From NCBI GenBank assembly GCA_038733315.1, contig JAVYPJ010000001.1:171469-235468 (forward strand): a stretch of DNA of 64,000 bases, given 5' to 3'. Below the pieces are notes generated by a model. The model was not told the DNA's origin. It was given only the letters and a program-made list of their open reading frames with translations, and did not search any database. The first letter of the stretch is position 1; each line of letters begins with the position of its first letter. The position numbers were made by a program, and so were the translations under genes. This document shows positions 45,541-55,147 of this stretch, piece by piece. This DNA is from Candidatus Aenigmatarchaeota archaeon. GTDB taxonomy: Archaea > Aenigmatarchaeota > Aenigmatarchaeia > CG10238-14 > SpSt-28.

Positions 45541-46005
45541 CTATTGAGCTTCTATACTTTTAAGAATTGAAATATAACTCTCTAAGTCCAACATTAAAAA
45601 GCTTATTTTCAACTCTTCTATAAAAACGTTTTTTGGTAAATTATTAACGTCTTTTTTCGAAAAAGAAATAAATTTTTTTCCAACCTTTACTATCGTTTCA
45701 AATTTTTCATCAGAATGATTAATAATGAAAAAAGGCTTACTTCTAAAAAAACCGAAGCACAAAAAATTTATTTCGTTTTTTGAAAGTTCAATAAAATCTT
45801 TTATTGGAATGGAAACGTATGCATTCTTTTTAGTTGTTTTTAACTTACCCTTTAATTCATATTTATTCAACTTTACTATTATATCACACCCTGGATAAAA
45901 TTCGCTTTTTTTACCGCTTAGCGTTACTCTTTTTGCATCAAAACCAAAAGATCTAAACTTATAAACAACATGATATTCAAATCTTCTACCGACTTTATAA
46001 CTCAT
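45541..46005 (-). CDS. hjc: Hjc-family Holliday-junction resolvase-like PD-(D/E)xK nuclease with a C-terminal extension
   Basis: 'KVGRRFEYHVVYKFRSFGFDAKRVTLSGKK...GCDIIV.LNKYELKGKLKTTKK' aligns with Hjc '[48 protein letters not shown]' (D and E-x-K conserved). Confidence 0.5.
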   Translation of the reverse strand: MSYKVGRRFEYHVVYKFRSFGFDAKRVTLSGKKSEFYPGCDIIVKLNKYELKGKLKTTKKNAYVSIPIKDFIELSKNEINFLCFGFFRSKPFFIINHSDEKFETIVKVGKKFISFSKKDVNNLPKNVFIEELKISFLMLDLESYISILKSIEAQ

Positions 46006-46034
46006 AAATTTAAAAATATAGTTGTATTATAATT

Positions 46035-46580
46035 ATGGTTGTGAAACTAAAAGACATAATGTCCACTACTTTGAATACCATAGACGAAAATAAAAATATA
46101 ATAGATGCTGCAAAAAAGATGAAAAAATTCTCTTCTCTATTAGTCAAAAGAAAAGGAAAGATTTATGGAATTTTAACAGATACAGATATTGTTAGAAAAG
46201 TTGTTGCAAGAGGATTGGATCCAAAAAAAGTTAAGGTTAAGCAAATAGCAAGCACACCCTTAATAACCCTAGATGAAAACGAAGATGTAAGAAAGGCGTC
46301 TTATGTGATGATAAAAAACGGAATAAAGAGAATTGTTGTTACAAGAAATGGAAAAGTTGTTGGAATTGTTACAGCTACGGATATAGCTAGATACATTCCA
46401 GATTATTTAGATGTAATAGAAATTGGGAAAAAGTATATGGGTGTTAAAAGACCAATACTAGAGGATTTAGAAGATGAATTATTAATTGGTGAATGTGAAG
46501 AGTGTGGAAATTTAACTTCTGATTTGAAATTAGTTAGCGGTAGGTGGCTTTGTGAAAGTTGTAGAGAGGAATGGAAATAA
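46035..46580 (+). CDS. CBS-domain pair protein with a C-terminal Cys4 zinc ribbon
   Basis: Two CBS repeats (GIL/VTDTDI, GIVTATDI). 'CEECGN...CESC'. Confidence 0.7.
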   Translation: MVVKLKDIMSTTLNTIDENKNIIDAAKKMKKFSSLLVKRKGKIYGILTDTDIVRKVVARGLDPKKVKVKQIASTPLITLDENEDVRKASYVMIKNGIKRIVVTRNGKVVGIVTATDIARYIPDYLDVIEIGKKYMGVKRPILEDLEDELLIGECEECGNLTSDLKLVSGRWLCESCREEWK

Positions 46581-47293
46581 GTAAGATATGTAAATCAAAG
46601 ATAATTCCTTTAAATTTAAAAAATACTCTAAAAGACGCTATATTAAAGGTTTTAAGAATAGAATATAGCGTACCAATAGTAGATAAAAAAAGTTTAATAG
46701 GTTGTTTGAGTGATAGCGATTTGTTAGGAATTATTTATACAAGAAAATATGGGATAAGCGAGAGGATAAAAAATATTGATTATATTCAATTCCCAATATC
46801 TATAAATAAAAAGGAAAAAATAGATAAAGCAATAGAGCTTATAAAGAATTATAATTTAAATAGTTTAGTTGTTGTTAATGAAAACAATTTTCCAGAATAT
46901 GTTTTAAAGGATTTTGAATTATTAAGATTTATTGAAGTAGAAGGTTTTGTTAAAGATTTCATGACAAAAAACCCTATTTGTACAAAGATAGATAGTAGTG
47001 AAAATTTGATAAGGATGTTAGTTTTTTCAAAGTTTAGAAATTTGCCTGTTATAGATAAGGAAAAAAAGTTTATAGGCGTTTTAAATGTTCATAGAGTTTT
47101 AAAATCGCTTTATCTAAATAATTTTAAAATTCCTAATGACATTGTTTTAAAAGTTGAAACTTTTGAAAAAGATGATGACATAATTTTAGTAAAAAAGTTT
47201 TTAATTGAAAAGAAAGTTGCTATAATAGCGGAAGAGAATAAAGTTATCGGCATAATAACACCATATGACATTATAAAGAAATTTCATGAATAA
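46571..47293 (+). CDS. CBS-domain protein (tandem CBS pairs)
   Basis: Repeated CBS-like blocks ('IGCLSDSDLL', 'IGVLNVHRVL', 'IGIITPYDII'). Confidence 0.6.
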   Translation: MEISKICKSKIIPLNLKNTLKDAILKVLRIEYSVPIVDKKSLIGCLSDSDLLGIIYTRKYGISERIKNIDYIQFPISINKKEKIDKAIELIKNYNLNSLVVVNENNFPEYVLKDFELLRFIEVEGFVKDFMTKNPICTKIDSSENLIRMLVFSKFRNLPVIDKEKKFIGVLNVHRVLKSLYLNNFKIPNDIVLKVETFEKDDDIILVKKFLIEKKVAIIAEENKVIGIITPYDIIKKFHE

Positions 47294-47786
47294 TTTCGTA
47301 AATAGGTCCGCTAAGGGTTAGAGTGCTTTTGACTAAGCATATTTTATCAACAATAAATTTCTCTTCAAATTTAAAAGAGCTAACATATTCTAATATTTTG
47401 TTTTTGTTAATTACACTTTTAACTCTGCATAGAGTTAAGTGAAGCGGTTTACTATCACCACCAATCTTTTTAAAAATTTCATTTCTAATTAGCTCTCCTT
47501 TCTCACTTTTAACTCCTATAGCAATAACTCTAAAATAATCCTTATTTGGGATTAGTAAAAGATTTTTTAACACTGCTTCAAAACTTCCAGAATTTTTAAA
47601 CTCATTTAATTTTTCAATTATTTTTGAAACATCTTTAACTTCGCCTAAAAAAGTAAAGGATAAATGAAAATTTTCTTTTTCTACATATTTAGCTTTAATA
47701 GCGTTAAGGTTTTTAATTTCCTTTTGTACTTTTTCAACCTTTTCTTTTATTTCATTTGGAAGGAAATATGCTATAAAAACTCTCAT
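47271..47786 (-). CDS. thpR: 2H-phosphoesterase, LigT/ThpR-like (RNA 2',3'-cyclic phosphodiesterase)
   Basis: Two H-x-[ST]-x motifs, 'FHLSF' and 'LHLTL', in a roughly 170-aa protein starting 'MRVFIA'. Confidence 0.7.
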   Translation of the reverse strand: MRVFIAYFLPNEIKEKVEKVQKEIKNLNAIKAKYVEKENFHLSFTFLGEVKDVSKIIEKLNEFKNSGSFEAVLKNLLLIPNKDYFRVIAIGVKSEKGELIRNEIFKKIGGDSKPLHLTLCRVKSVINKNKILEYVSSFKFEEKFIVDKICLVKSTLTLSGPIYEIIHEISL

Positions 47787-47834
47787 TAATGAAGATAAGA
47801 AAATATTTATATATTTGTTAAAAGGATTAAAATT

Positions 47835-48095
47835 ATGGTAGAAAAGAGAGTAAGAGTTAATGATGTAATAGGTAAGGTTGTTGTGGGAGAAAGTGGAAAA
47901 AGAATGGGAATAGTAAACAGCTTAACTTTTATAGTAGAAACTGGTGAGATATTAAATATCGTTGTTGAGCAGCCAACAAAGTATTTGGAGGAATTTAATT
48001 TGAAGAAGGATGAAAACGGAAGGTATTTAATTCCGTTTCATGCGATTAAGAATATTGGAGATTTTGTGATAGTTAGTGAAAATGAATTAGTTTAG
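47835..48095 (+). CDS. PRC-barrel domain protein
   Basis: 'VIGKVVVGESGKRMGIVNSLTFIVETGEILNIVV' is the typical PRC-barrel signature. Confidence 0.6.
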   Translation: MVEKRVRVNDVIGKVVVGESGKRMGIVNSLTFIVETGEILNIVVEQPTKYLEEFNLKKDENGRYLIPFHAIKNIGDFVIVSENELV

Positions 48096-49075
48096 GCCCA
48101 AATTATTTCTACATCCTCTACTCTCCAGTTTCTTTTTATTGAGGTTTCTTTTATATTTATAGAATATCCATTTCTATATGCTAATAAAGCGGTTAGAGCA
48201 ATCATAGCACCATTATCTGCAGAATATTTTATTGGAACAATTTTTGCCTCTGCACCTCTTTCTTTACACATTATATCAAACATTTCTTGTAATCTTTTGT
48301 TTGCAGCTACTCCACCAACTATTAGTGCTTCATTTTTTTCTAACATAGCCATAGCTCTTTCGCTAACCTCTACAATCATTGAGAATATTGTTTCTTGAAA
48401 GCTAAATATTATATCCTCTAAATCATATTTTCCATTTTTAATTAATTTTTTTACATACGTTACTATTCCACTAAAACTCAAATTCATACCTTTTACGCTA
48501 TATGGCATTTCTATATATTTTTTACCTTTTTTAGCTAATTCTTCTATTTTTGGTCCACCTGGCATTTCAAAGTTTAAAAATCTTGCAATCTCATCTATAG
48601 CATTTCCTATTGCAATATCTTCAGTTTCTCCAAGAATTCTGTATCTTTTATTTACTAAGGAAATTATTTGAGTATTTCCTCCAGATAAATAAACGATTAT
48701 AGGGTCTTTTGAATTTGTTAACCATTTACCAATTTCTATATGGGCAACTCCATGGTTTACATCTACTAATGGCTTATTAAAAGTAAGAGAAATATATCTA
48801 GCAAAAAAAGCACCAACTCTTAGTGCATTTGGTATTCCCATCCCTCTAGAAAATCCAATAACATCAACATCTTTTAAATCTATTTTTGCCTCATCTAAGG
48901 CTTTAAATAATATTTCGTTAAATTTCTCTAAGTGATGATTAAACATTTCTCTAGGCAAATAACCTTTACCCTTTTCAGTTTTTAATGTATCTCTAACATC
49001 AGCTAATATTTCTTTTTCATTAACTATACCAATTCCTAAGGTATGTGCAGTGCTCTCTATTCCTAAGGAAATCAT
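48092..49075 (-). CDS. kae1: Kae1 (tRNA t6A37 threonylcarbamoyltransferase, KEOPS catalytic subunit)
   Basis: ASKHA fold. N-terminal 'LGIESTAHTLGIGIV'. 'VNHGVAHIE' metal-binding His pair. C-terminal 'GGVAANKRLQEM'. Confidence 0.85.
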   Translation of the reverse strand: MISLGIESTAHTLGIGIVNEKEILADVRDTLKTEKGKGYLPREMFNHHLEKFNEILFKALDEAKIDLKDVDVIGFSRGMGIPNALRVGAFFARYISLTFNKPLVDVNHGVAHIEIGKWLTNSKDPIIVYLSGGNTQIISLVNKRYRILGETEDIAIGNAIDEIARFLNFEMPGGPKIEELAKKGKKYIEMPYSVKGMNLSFSGIVTYVKKLIKNGKYDLEDIIFSFQETIFSMIVEVSERAMAMLEKNEALIVGGVAANKRLQEMFDIMCKERGAEAKIVPIKYSADNGAMIALTALLAYRNGYSINIKETSIKRNWRVEDVEIIWA

Positions 49076-49183
49076 AAAAGAAATGAATCACAAAAATTAA
49101 CATAAGAAATATATTTCAGCTAACTATAATAATAAATTTATATAAGATGGACGAAGATAGCTCAGCTAGGATTTGGAAGAAAC

Positions 49184-49732
49184 ATGAAGGAGAAAAGAAT
49201 ATTAGGATTGATATTAGTGCAGACTTTCATAGCTTTATCTCTAGGTTTAATAGGACCTATATATGCTATATACTTTGAAAAATTATCTAACGACACATAT
49301 TTAGTTCCAATTCTTATAGGCATATACTGGATTTTTGTTGGTATTTTAGAACCAATTTTTGGAAGATATATAGATGTAATAGGTAAGAAAAAAGGATTTG
49401 TAATTGGTTGTATAGCAACTTCTTTTGCGATAATTTTATATCCCTTAGCTACTGATATTTCAACAGTTGCTATAGCACAGATTATAGCCGCTATAGGCTA
49501 TTCCTTAGAAACACCTTCTTATTATTCATTAATGGCTGAATTAACAAATAAGAAAAGAAGGGGTATTGAAATAGGAAGAGTTGATGGTTTTGGAAACCTA
49601 ATTTATGGAATTTCTGCTATTTTATCAGCAATAGTATTATATTATTTTAACTTCGGTTTACTATTCTTTATAGCAGGGATTTCTTATCTCTCTGCTGGCT
49701 TAATATCAATTAGATTTATAGATGATATATAA
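49184..49732 (+). CDS. half-size MFS-like membrane protein (6 TM)
   Basis: MFS motif A-like 'GRYIDVIGKKKG' between TM2 and TM3. Only 182 aa. Confidence 0.35.
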   Translation: MKEKRILGLILVQTFIALSLGLIGPIYAIYFEKLSNDTYLVPILIGIYWIFVGILEPIFGRYIDVIGKKKGFVIGCIATSFAIILYPLATDISTVAIAQIIAAIGYSLETPSYYSLMAELTNKKRRGIEIGRVDGFGNLIYGISAILSAIVLYYFNFGLLFFIAGISYLSAGLISIRFIDDI

Positions 49733-49783
49733 TCTTAACTTCCGATAAAAAATTATTTATTTTTACCCTATTATAAATTTAAA

Positions 49784-50158
49784 ATGGTAATAGATGTTGG
49801 AAGCGTGTGTGTAAAGATAGCAGGGAGAGAAGCTTCAAGATATTGTGTAGTAGTTAAAAAAATAGATAATAATTTTGTTTTGATTACAGGACCTAAGCTA
49901 TTGACTGGAGTAAAGAGAAGAAAATGTAATATAATGCATTTAGAGCCACTTCCTTTTAAACTAGAAATAAAAGAGGATGCAAGTGATAGAGAAGTTCTAG
50001 AAGCATGGAAAAAAAGTGGACTATACAAAAAATTAAACTTAAAATTACCGGCTGAGCACGAATTAAAAGAGGCAGAAAAACAAAATAAGGAAAAGAAAGA
50101 AGAGGTAAAAGAAGAGAAAAAGACAAAGAGAAAGAAGAAAGAAGGTGAGAAAAGTTGA
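49784..50158 (+). CDS. rpl14e: 50S ribosomal protein L14e with a K/E-rich C-terminal tail
   Basis: 'VIDVGSVCVKIAGREASRYCVVVKKIDNNFVLITGPKLLTGVKRRKCNIMHLEP' matches L14e (IEVGRICVK..GREAGK.CVIV.I.D.NFVLVTGPK...GVKRRR.N..H.EP). Confidence 0.75.
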   Translation: MVIDVGSVCVKIAGREASRYCVVVKKIDNNFVLITGPKLLTGVKRRKCNIMHLEPLPFKLEIKEDASDREVLEAWKKSGLYKKLNLKLPAEHELKEAEKQNKEKKEEVKEEKKTKRKKKEGEKS

Positions 50159-51143
50159 ATGGCTATATAGAATCTTAGATGAAGAGACAGATGAGAGGTT
50201 TGGTAAAGAACCTTCGAAAAGAACCTTAGAAGAGCTGAAGGATACTGGAATAATAAATGTAGATAAGCATATAGGGCCTACAAGTCATTTAATTTCTGAG
50301 GATATAAAAAAAATTCTTAATCTTAAAAAAACAGGCCATATAGGAACCTTAGATCCTAATGCTAGCGGAGTTTTACCTGTTTTACTAAATAAAAGTACGA
50401 GATTAGCACCTCTTTTTCAGAAATTAGATAAAGAATATGTTGGTGTAATGCATTTGCATAAAGACATAGATGAAAGTTTTTTAAAAGAATTCATAGAAAC
50501 AAAATTCATAGGAAAAATAAAACAAACACCCCCAAAAAGAAGTGCGGTAGCTAGAGTTTTAAGAGAAAGATATGTTTATGAGGCTTACCTTTTAGAAAAA
50601 GATGGTAAAGATGTTTTGTTTAAAATAATTTGTGAAAGTGGTTTTTATGTTAGAAAATATGTACATGATATGGGACAAAAACTAAAAATAGGAGCTCATT
50701 TAAAAGAGTTAAGAAGAGTTTCTATAGGCAAATATAACTTAGAAGAAAAAACTTATTATAAAATCTTTGATGAAGAAAATTCTATAAGCTTGTTTGATTT
50801 AATGAAGATGCTAAATAGCGAAGAAGAGCTAAGAAAAATTATTAAACCTGCAGAATACTATTTAACTCATGTAAAAAAAGTTTTTGTTAAGGATACTGCA
50901 ATCCACAACATAACACTCGGCGCTCCTTTATATGTCTCTGGTATTACTAGAGTTCAGGCGGATATAAGGAAAAATGATTTGGTTGCGATTTTTAGTTTAA
51001 AAAATGAGTTGGTCGCTTTTGGTGTAGCGGTTATGGATAGTGTAGATATGATAAACTCGAAAGAAGGAATAGCTGTAAAGATTGATAGGGTATTCATAGA
51101 TAAGAGTGTATATCCAAGAATTGGTGAGATTAATAAAACATGA
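50145..51143 (+). CDS. cbf5: Cbf5 (H/ACA RNP pseudouridine synthase, TruB family, with PUA domain)
   Basis: 'TDERFGKEPSKRTLEELKDTGIINVDKHIGPTSH' and the catalytic 'GHIGTLDPNASGVLPV'. C-terminal PUA region. Overlaps the rpl14e 3' end by 14 nt. Confidence 0.8.
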   Translation: MRKVEWLYRILDEETDERFGKEPSKRTLEELKDTGIINVDKHIGPTSHLISEDIKKILNLKKTGHIGTLDPNASGVLPVLLNKSTRLAPLFQKLDKEYVGVMHLHKDIDESFLKEFIETKFIGKIKQTPPKRSAVARVLRERYVYEAYLLEKDGKDVLFKIICESGFYVRKYVHDMGQKLKIGAHLKELRRVSIGKYNLEEKTYYKIFDEENSISLFDLMKMLNSEEELRKIIKPAEYYLTHVKKVFVKDTAIHNITLGAPLYVSGITRVQADIRKNDLVAIFSLKNELVAFGVAVMDSVDMINSKEGIAVKIDRVFIDKSVYPRIGEINKT

Positions 51144-51997
51144 AAGAAAGGGAATTAACATTAAACTTTGTAGAATTTTTGTTTGGAGATGTCTATCACA
51201 AAATTGATATAGAGTGTCAAAGAATATGCAATAGCATTTTTAGATTTATTGAAAGAAACGGTTCTAAAAAAAGTGCGAAATATCTTTTAGAGGATTTAAG
51301 CTTTAATAATAGAATCTCATTTCTTAGGAGCATTTATGATACTATAGAACAATCAAAACTCTACGAGATAGGTTTAATTTCTGGGTATAAAGAGTATCTT
51401 GGGATTCTGGAAGAAATTGGTAGTAGAGTAGAAGAAGAAAGAAGGATGTTAAAAAAATACGATAAAGAAATATTAATAAAAGAAGTATTGAAAATAGCTT
51501 ATAAAGTTCAGATAACAACAGATTGTATAGCGGTTAACTTTAAAAACTTTATGGACTATATTGCTTTTTTTGCTTCAGAAGATTATTACAGTAATTTTAA
51601 TTCTTTCAAACAGAAAAAACTCAGAGAAATAGAGAGGGTCGTGAATAATTTAAAATCAAATAAGGGTAAAATTAATAAAGACGACTATAGAACACTTTCT
51701 CAGTTAATTATAGACTCTTTTGGAATTAATAATCTAGAAAATTCTTTATATTATACCATTATTATTTTGCCTCCTGAAGAAATATTTACTAATTCTTGGC
51801 CTACTCAAGAAAAAGAAATGAGAAAGTTTTTAGATAGTGGAAAAATAGATGAAATAATAGAAAGAAAGGTTAATGTATACAGAATATTTTCTACTGCTCG
51901 TCAAATTAACATAAAATCCGAGTTTTTACCAATGATAGAGAAGTATGTAAAAAAAATAAAAACAGATTTTAGCGAGATTAATATCGATGTGGTTTAG
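51140..51997 (+). CDS. hypothetical protein
   Basis: ORF only. 4-nt overlap with cbf5. Confidence 0.3.
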   Translation: MKERELTLNFVEFLFGDVYHKIDIECQRICNSIFRFIERNGSKKSAKYLLEDLSFNNRISFLRSIYDTIEQSKLYEIGLISGYKEYLGILEEIGSRVEEERRMLKKYDKEILIKEVLKIAYKVQITTDCIAVNFKNFMDYIAFFASEDYYSNFNSFKQKKLREIERVVNNLKSNKGKINKDDYRTLSQLIIDSFGINNLENSLYYTIIILPPEEIFTNSWPTQEKEMRKFLDSGKIDEIIERKVNVYRIFSTARQINIKSEFLPMIEKYVKKIKTDFSEINIDVV

Positions 51998-52003
51998 TAA
52001 ATT

Positions 52004-52483
52004 TTACTTATAGTTTATAATATCTATATAAACAGATTTTAAGTTTTCATGATTATTAGAATTCAGCTGTTGAGTAATGAAATTTAAGCCATGAAATCCT
52101 TCTCTCGTGAAATATTCTTCAATATAATCTAAGTCAATATAAGATTTTAGTTTTCTTAGCATAGCAGCTGATATACTTATACTCAGTATTTCACTTATTC
52201 TTTTAAATTTGTCAAGAAGATTTTCGCTTTTTATCGCTTCTAGAAAGTTTGTATCTATTATACCAATTCTTTTTAGTTTTTCTAAATAATTCGATAAAAG
52301 ATTATTTAACTCATCTTCAATCAAATTAAATTTATCATTAATTTTCTTAGTTTCTCCATCGCTGAGTTTCACTATTACAGAATTCTCTGATATATAAGCT
52401 TCTGCTACTTTATCTTCGTTTATTTCTAGCACCCTGCTAACTATTTGCTTTGGTATTTCTATTAAATATGTTTCTCTTTTCAT
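52004..52483 (-). CDS. hypothetical protein
   Basis: ORF only. Confidence 0.3.
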   Translation of the reverse strand: MKRETYLIEIPKQIVSRVLEINEDKVAEAYISENSVIVKLSDGETKKINDKFNLIEDELNNLLSNYLEKLKRIGIIDTNFLEAIKSENLLDKFKRISEILSISISAAMLRKLKSYIDLDYIEEYFTREGFHGLNFITQQLNSNNHENLKSVYIDIINYK

Positions 52484-52565
52484 AAATCATTAAAATAAAT
52501 ATAATTTAAAGAAATGGAATAAAAATTAAAAATATAGCTATGCAAAAACAAGGGAACCAGAAAAA

Positions 52566-53042
52566 TCAAACACTCTGAATAGAAGAAGGTTCAAAAATTT
52601 TAAAAACACATTTTTCTTTGTTTATATTTTTACATTCAATTTCTTCTACTTCTAAATTTTTATCAAGGAAATATTTAACACCATAAGCTAATATCCCGGC
52701 TTGAATAAAATCTACACATATTTTTACTTTAGGAGTTTTAACAAATTTTGTTATATAGCTAGATATTGGGCAATTTTTACAAATAAAGATTTTTTTATTC
52801 TCTATAAAATCAATCTTTCCAAATCCCAAAAAATACAAAATTTCTAAAAATTTATTTAGATTTTCTGGTTTATAAGTTTCTATAATCTTTTCTCCAATCC
52901 TTTTTCCAAAAGAATAGTGTAAATTAGTTGTTATCCTTCCTATTAAAGATAATGATACTATTAAAAATTTAGCATAAAGTTCAGCGCAAGTTACAAAGTA
53001 ATCCTTATCTTTTATTATCTTTGAAATATTTTGAATCGACAT
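52566..53042 (-). CDS. V4R (4-vinyl-reductase-like) domain protein
   Basis: 'LGFGKIDFIENKKIFICKNCPIS...GILAYGVKYFLDKNLEVEEIECKNINKEKCVFKI' has the V4R pattern (G.G....E......C....C......G.L.G.......V.E.KC...G...C.F.I). Confidence 0.5.
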   Translation of the reverse strand: MSIQNISKIIKDKDYFVTCAELYAKFLIVSLSLIGRITTNLHYSFGKRIGEKIIETYKPENLNKFLEILYFLGFGKIDFIENKKIFICKNCPISSYITKFVKTPKVKICVDFIQAGILAYGVKYFLDKNLEVEEIECKNINKEKCVFKIFEPSSIQSV

Positions 53043-53506
53043 GATTTCTTATTATCTATTTGACAACTTTCTTCTATACCATCGAACTCCTTTAGTAAGC
53101 ATGCAGATATCATTCCAGCAAACCATTTAGAAAGATATTCGCAGCTCTTTAAATCATTTTTTACAAAAAAATTGTTTTTAGTTTCTATTAAAAAACATTT
53201 TTCATCTCTCTTAAAAGTTAGATCTTCATACCACCTAAAATTTATTCCAATATTTTTCAAATTTTCAAAAAAGTTCTCTAAGTTTTTATACTCATAATTA
53301 GATATCATAGATTGTGCAGTGCTTTTACCAAGTTCGTAAAAACATATATTTAAAATTCCTTTTGCTGATTTTCCAAAAAACTTTTCATATTCTTGGCATA
53401 AAATTGGCAAAGAATCGGAAAAAAGAATAATAAAAGGTCTTCTCTTTTTACCAAACTTTTCTATTATTAAATCGTTTTCGAAGGATAAACATTCTTCTAT
53501 ATTCAT
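53015..53506 (-). CDS. V4R domain protein (tandem paralog)
   Basis: 'DEKCFLIETKNNFF...SCEYLSKWFAGMISACLLKEFDGIEESCQIDNKKSCRFKIF' shows the same V4R pattern. 28-nt overlap with the downstream paralog. Confidence 0.5.
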   Translation of the reverse strand: MNIEECLSFENDLIIEKFGKKRRPFIILFSDSLPILCQEYEKFFGKSAKGILNICFYELGKSTAQSMISNYEYKNLENFFENLKNIGINFRWYEDLTFKRDEKCFLIETKNNFFVKNDLKSCEYLSKWFAGMISACLLKEFDGIEESCQIDNKKSCRFKIFQR

Positions 53507-53530
53507 AATTCATATTGATTAATATTTTTT

Positions 53531-54739
53531 ATGAATTTAAAAAAAGAGATTTTGGATAATGGAATAATTTTGTATAAGCCAAGAATTCCAAGTACAAATA
53601 CTATAGCGATTTCTATAAATGTAAATATAGGAAGCGTCTACGAAGAAGAAGATAAGAGAGGAATTTCGCATTTATTAGAGCATATGATGTTTAAATCGAA
53701 CAAGAAATATTCTGCAAAAGAGGTTTCTATGGGATTAGAATTAAACGGTGGAATTTCTAACGCATTTACCTCAAATTTTCTAACCTCTTATTTTGTAGAG
53801 GTAATTCCTAAGGGATTCGAAAGAATTTTGGATATATTACATTCTATGTTTATAAACGAAAATTATAAAAAAGATGAGTTTGAAAGGGAAAAGAAAGTCG
53901 TTTTGAGCGAAATAGAGAGGTATGAAAATAATCCAGAGGATATGCTAGAAAGATTAATACCAAAAAGCATTTTCGGTAATAGTGATTATGGCAGTCCTAT
54001 TAGTGGTTATAGGGAAACTGTAAGTTCAATTTCTAAGGAAGAATTAGAAGAGTTTAAATTAAAATATTATTGTTCAAAGAATACTTTTATTTTAATAGAG
54101 GGAAATTTTAGTGATAAACATTTAGAATTAATTAGGAAAAAATTTTCTAAAATAGAGGAATCAAGCGCTAAGAAAAAGAAGCCATCCAAATCTAAGGGTA
54201 GCGATATTATCAAAAGGATGAATACAAAAAATCAAATATATTATTCGAAAAATTTTGAGATTGAGTTTAATAAGAATAATTTTTTCATGCCATTTATATT
54301 TAGCAAAGTTATTTCTGGAGGAATATCGTCTTTAATGTTTGATGTGTTTAGGGAAAAATATGGTATAGGTTATAGAGTTTATTTCGAACCAACGTATATT
54401 TACGAAGATAGAATTATATTAACTCTTGGCATTCCTGGGTATGAGAAAGAGAGAGAAAAGAATGTAAATGCTGCATATGAATATTTAATCGAACAAATAT
54501 TAGATAGAAAAAACTTTCAGAAATATTTGAATGGTAGAAAAAAAGTTATTAGCTTAGAATATGAAAAAATAAAAGGGGATTTATTCAAAAGAATTTTGAG
54601 AGAAGTTTTTATAGTCTCTATTAATGAAAAGACCATAGACGATTTTTATTCAAAAGCTATTAGTATAAAAACAGAAGAGATAATCGAGTTCTTAAAATAC
54701 TTAGAGGAATCAAAAATTGTAAAGATTATTCCATTATGA
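53531..54739 (+). CDS. M16-family (pitrilysin/insulinase-like) zinc peptidase
   Basis: Inverted zinc motif HxxEH 'HLLEHMMF' near the N-terminus. A downstream Glu ('ERYEN'). Confidence 0.7.
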   Translation: MNLKKEILDNGIILYKPRIPSTNTIAISINVNIGSVYEEEDKRGISHLLEHMMFKSNKKYSAKEVSMGLELNGGISNAFTSNFLTSYFVEVIPKGFERILDILHSMFINENYKKDEFEREKKVVLSEIERYENNPEDMLERLIPKSIFGNSDYGSPISGYRETVSSISKEELEEFKLKYYCSKNTFILIEGNFSDKHLELIRKKFSKIEESSAKKKKPSKSKGSDIIKRMNTKNQIYYSKNFEIEFNKNNFFMPFIFSKVISGGISSLMFDVFREKYGIGYRVYFEPTYIYEDRIILTLGIPGYEKEREKNVNAAYEYLIEQILDRKNFQKYLNGRKKVISLEYEKIKGDLFKRILREVFIVSINEKTIDDFYSKAISIKTEEIIEFLKYLEESKIVKIIPL

Positions 54740-54762
54740 ATAGCTTTATATTCTATTAGGGA

Positions 54763-54837
54763 GGACCCGTAGCTCAGCCTGGATAGAGCGCTGGTTTGCG
54801 GAACCAGAGGTCGCGGGTTCAAATCCCGCCGGGTCCG
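54763..54837 (+). tRNA. tRNA-Arg (anticodon GCG)
   Basis: GGACCCG/CGGGTCC acceptor, discriminator G. Anticodon stem CTGGT/ACCAG with loop TT-GCG-GA. T-arm GCGGG-TTCAAAT-CCCGC. Confidence 0.85.
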
Positions 54838-54840
54838 ATA

Positions 54841-55119
54841 TTATTCCTTAGAGAGTTTTTCTTTAATTTCTTCTTCTCCTTTTTTTAATTCTTCTTTTTG
54901 CTCTTTGTCTATTTCTAATAACAAAGATAAAAATTCACCGACGTGCGTTTTCTCTTCCTTAGCTACATCTAATAAAACCTTTTTAATTTTTTGGTCTTCT
55001 GTTTTTGCAGCTAGTTGTTCATAGAGATTTATTGCATCCAACTCTGCTATTATTCCTAGTCTAAGAATTTGCTTTTCAACATCTTTATCCTCTATTTTTA
55101 TTGGCCTTTCCGACAACAT
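54841..55119 (-). CDS. small ferritin-like/rubrerythrin-like helical protein
   Basis: 'AELDAINLYEQLAAK...DVAKEEKTHVGEF' contains an E...ExxH pair as in ferritin-like diiron sites. Confidence 0.3.
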   Translation of the reverse strand: MLSERPIKIEDKDVEKQILRLGIIAELDAINLYEQLAAKTEDQKIKKVLLDVAKEEKTHVGEFLSLLLEIDKEQKEELKKGEEEIKEKLSKE

Positions 55120-55147
55120 AAAAATTTATAACTAATACAAATAAATA

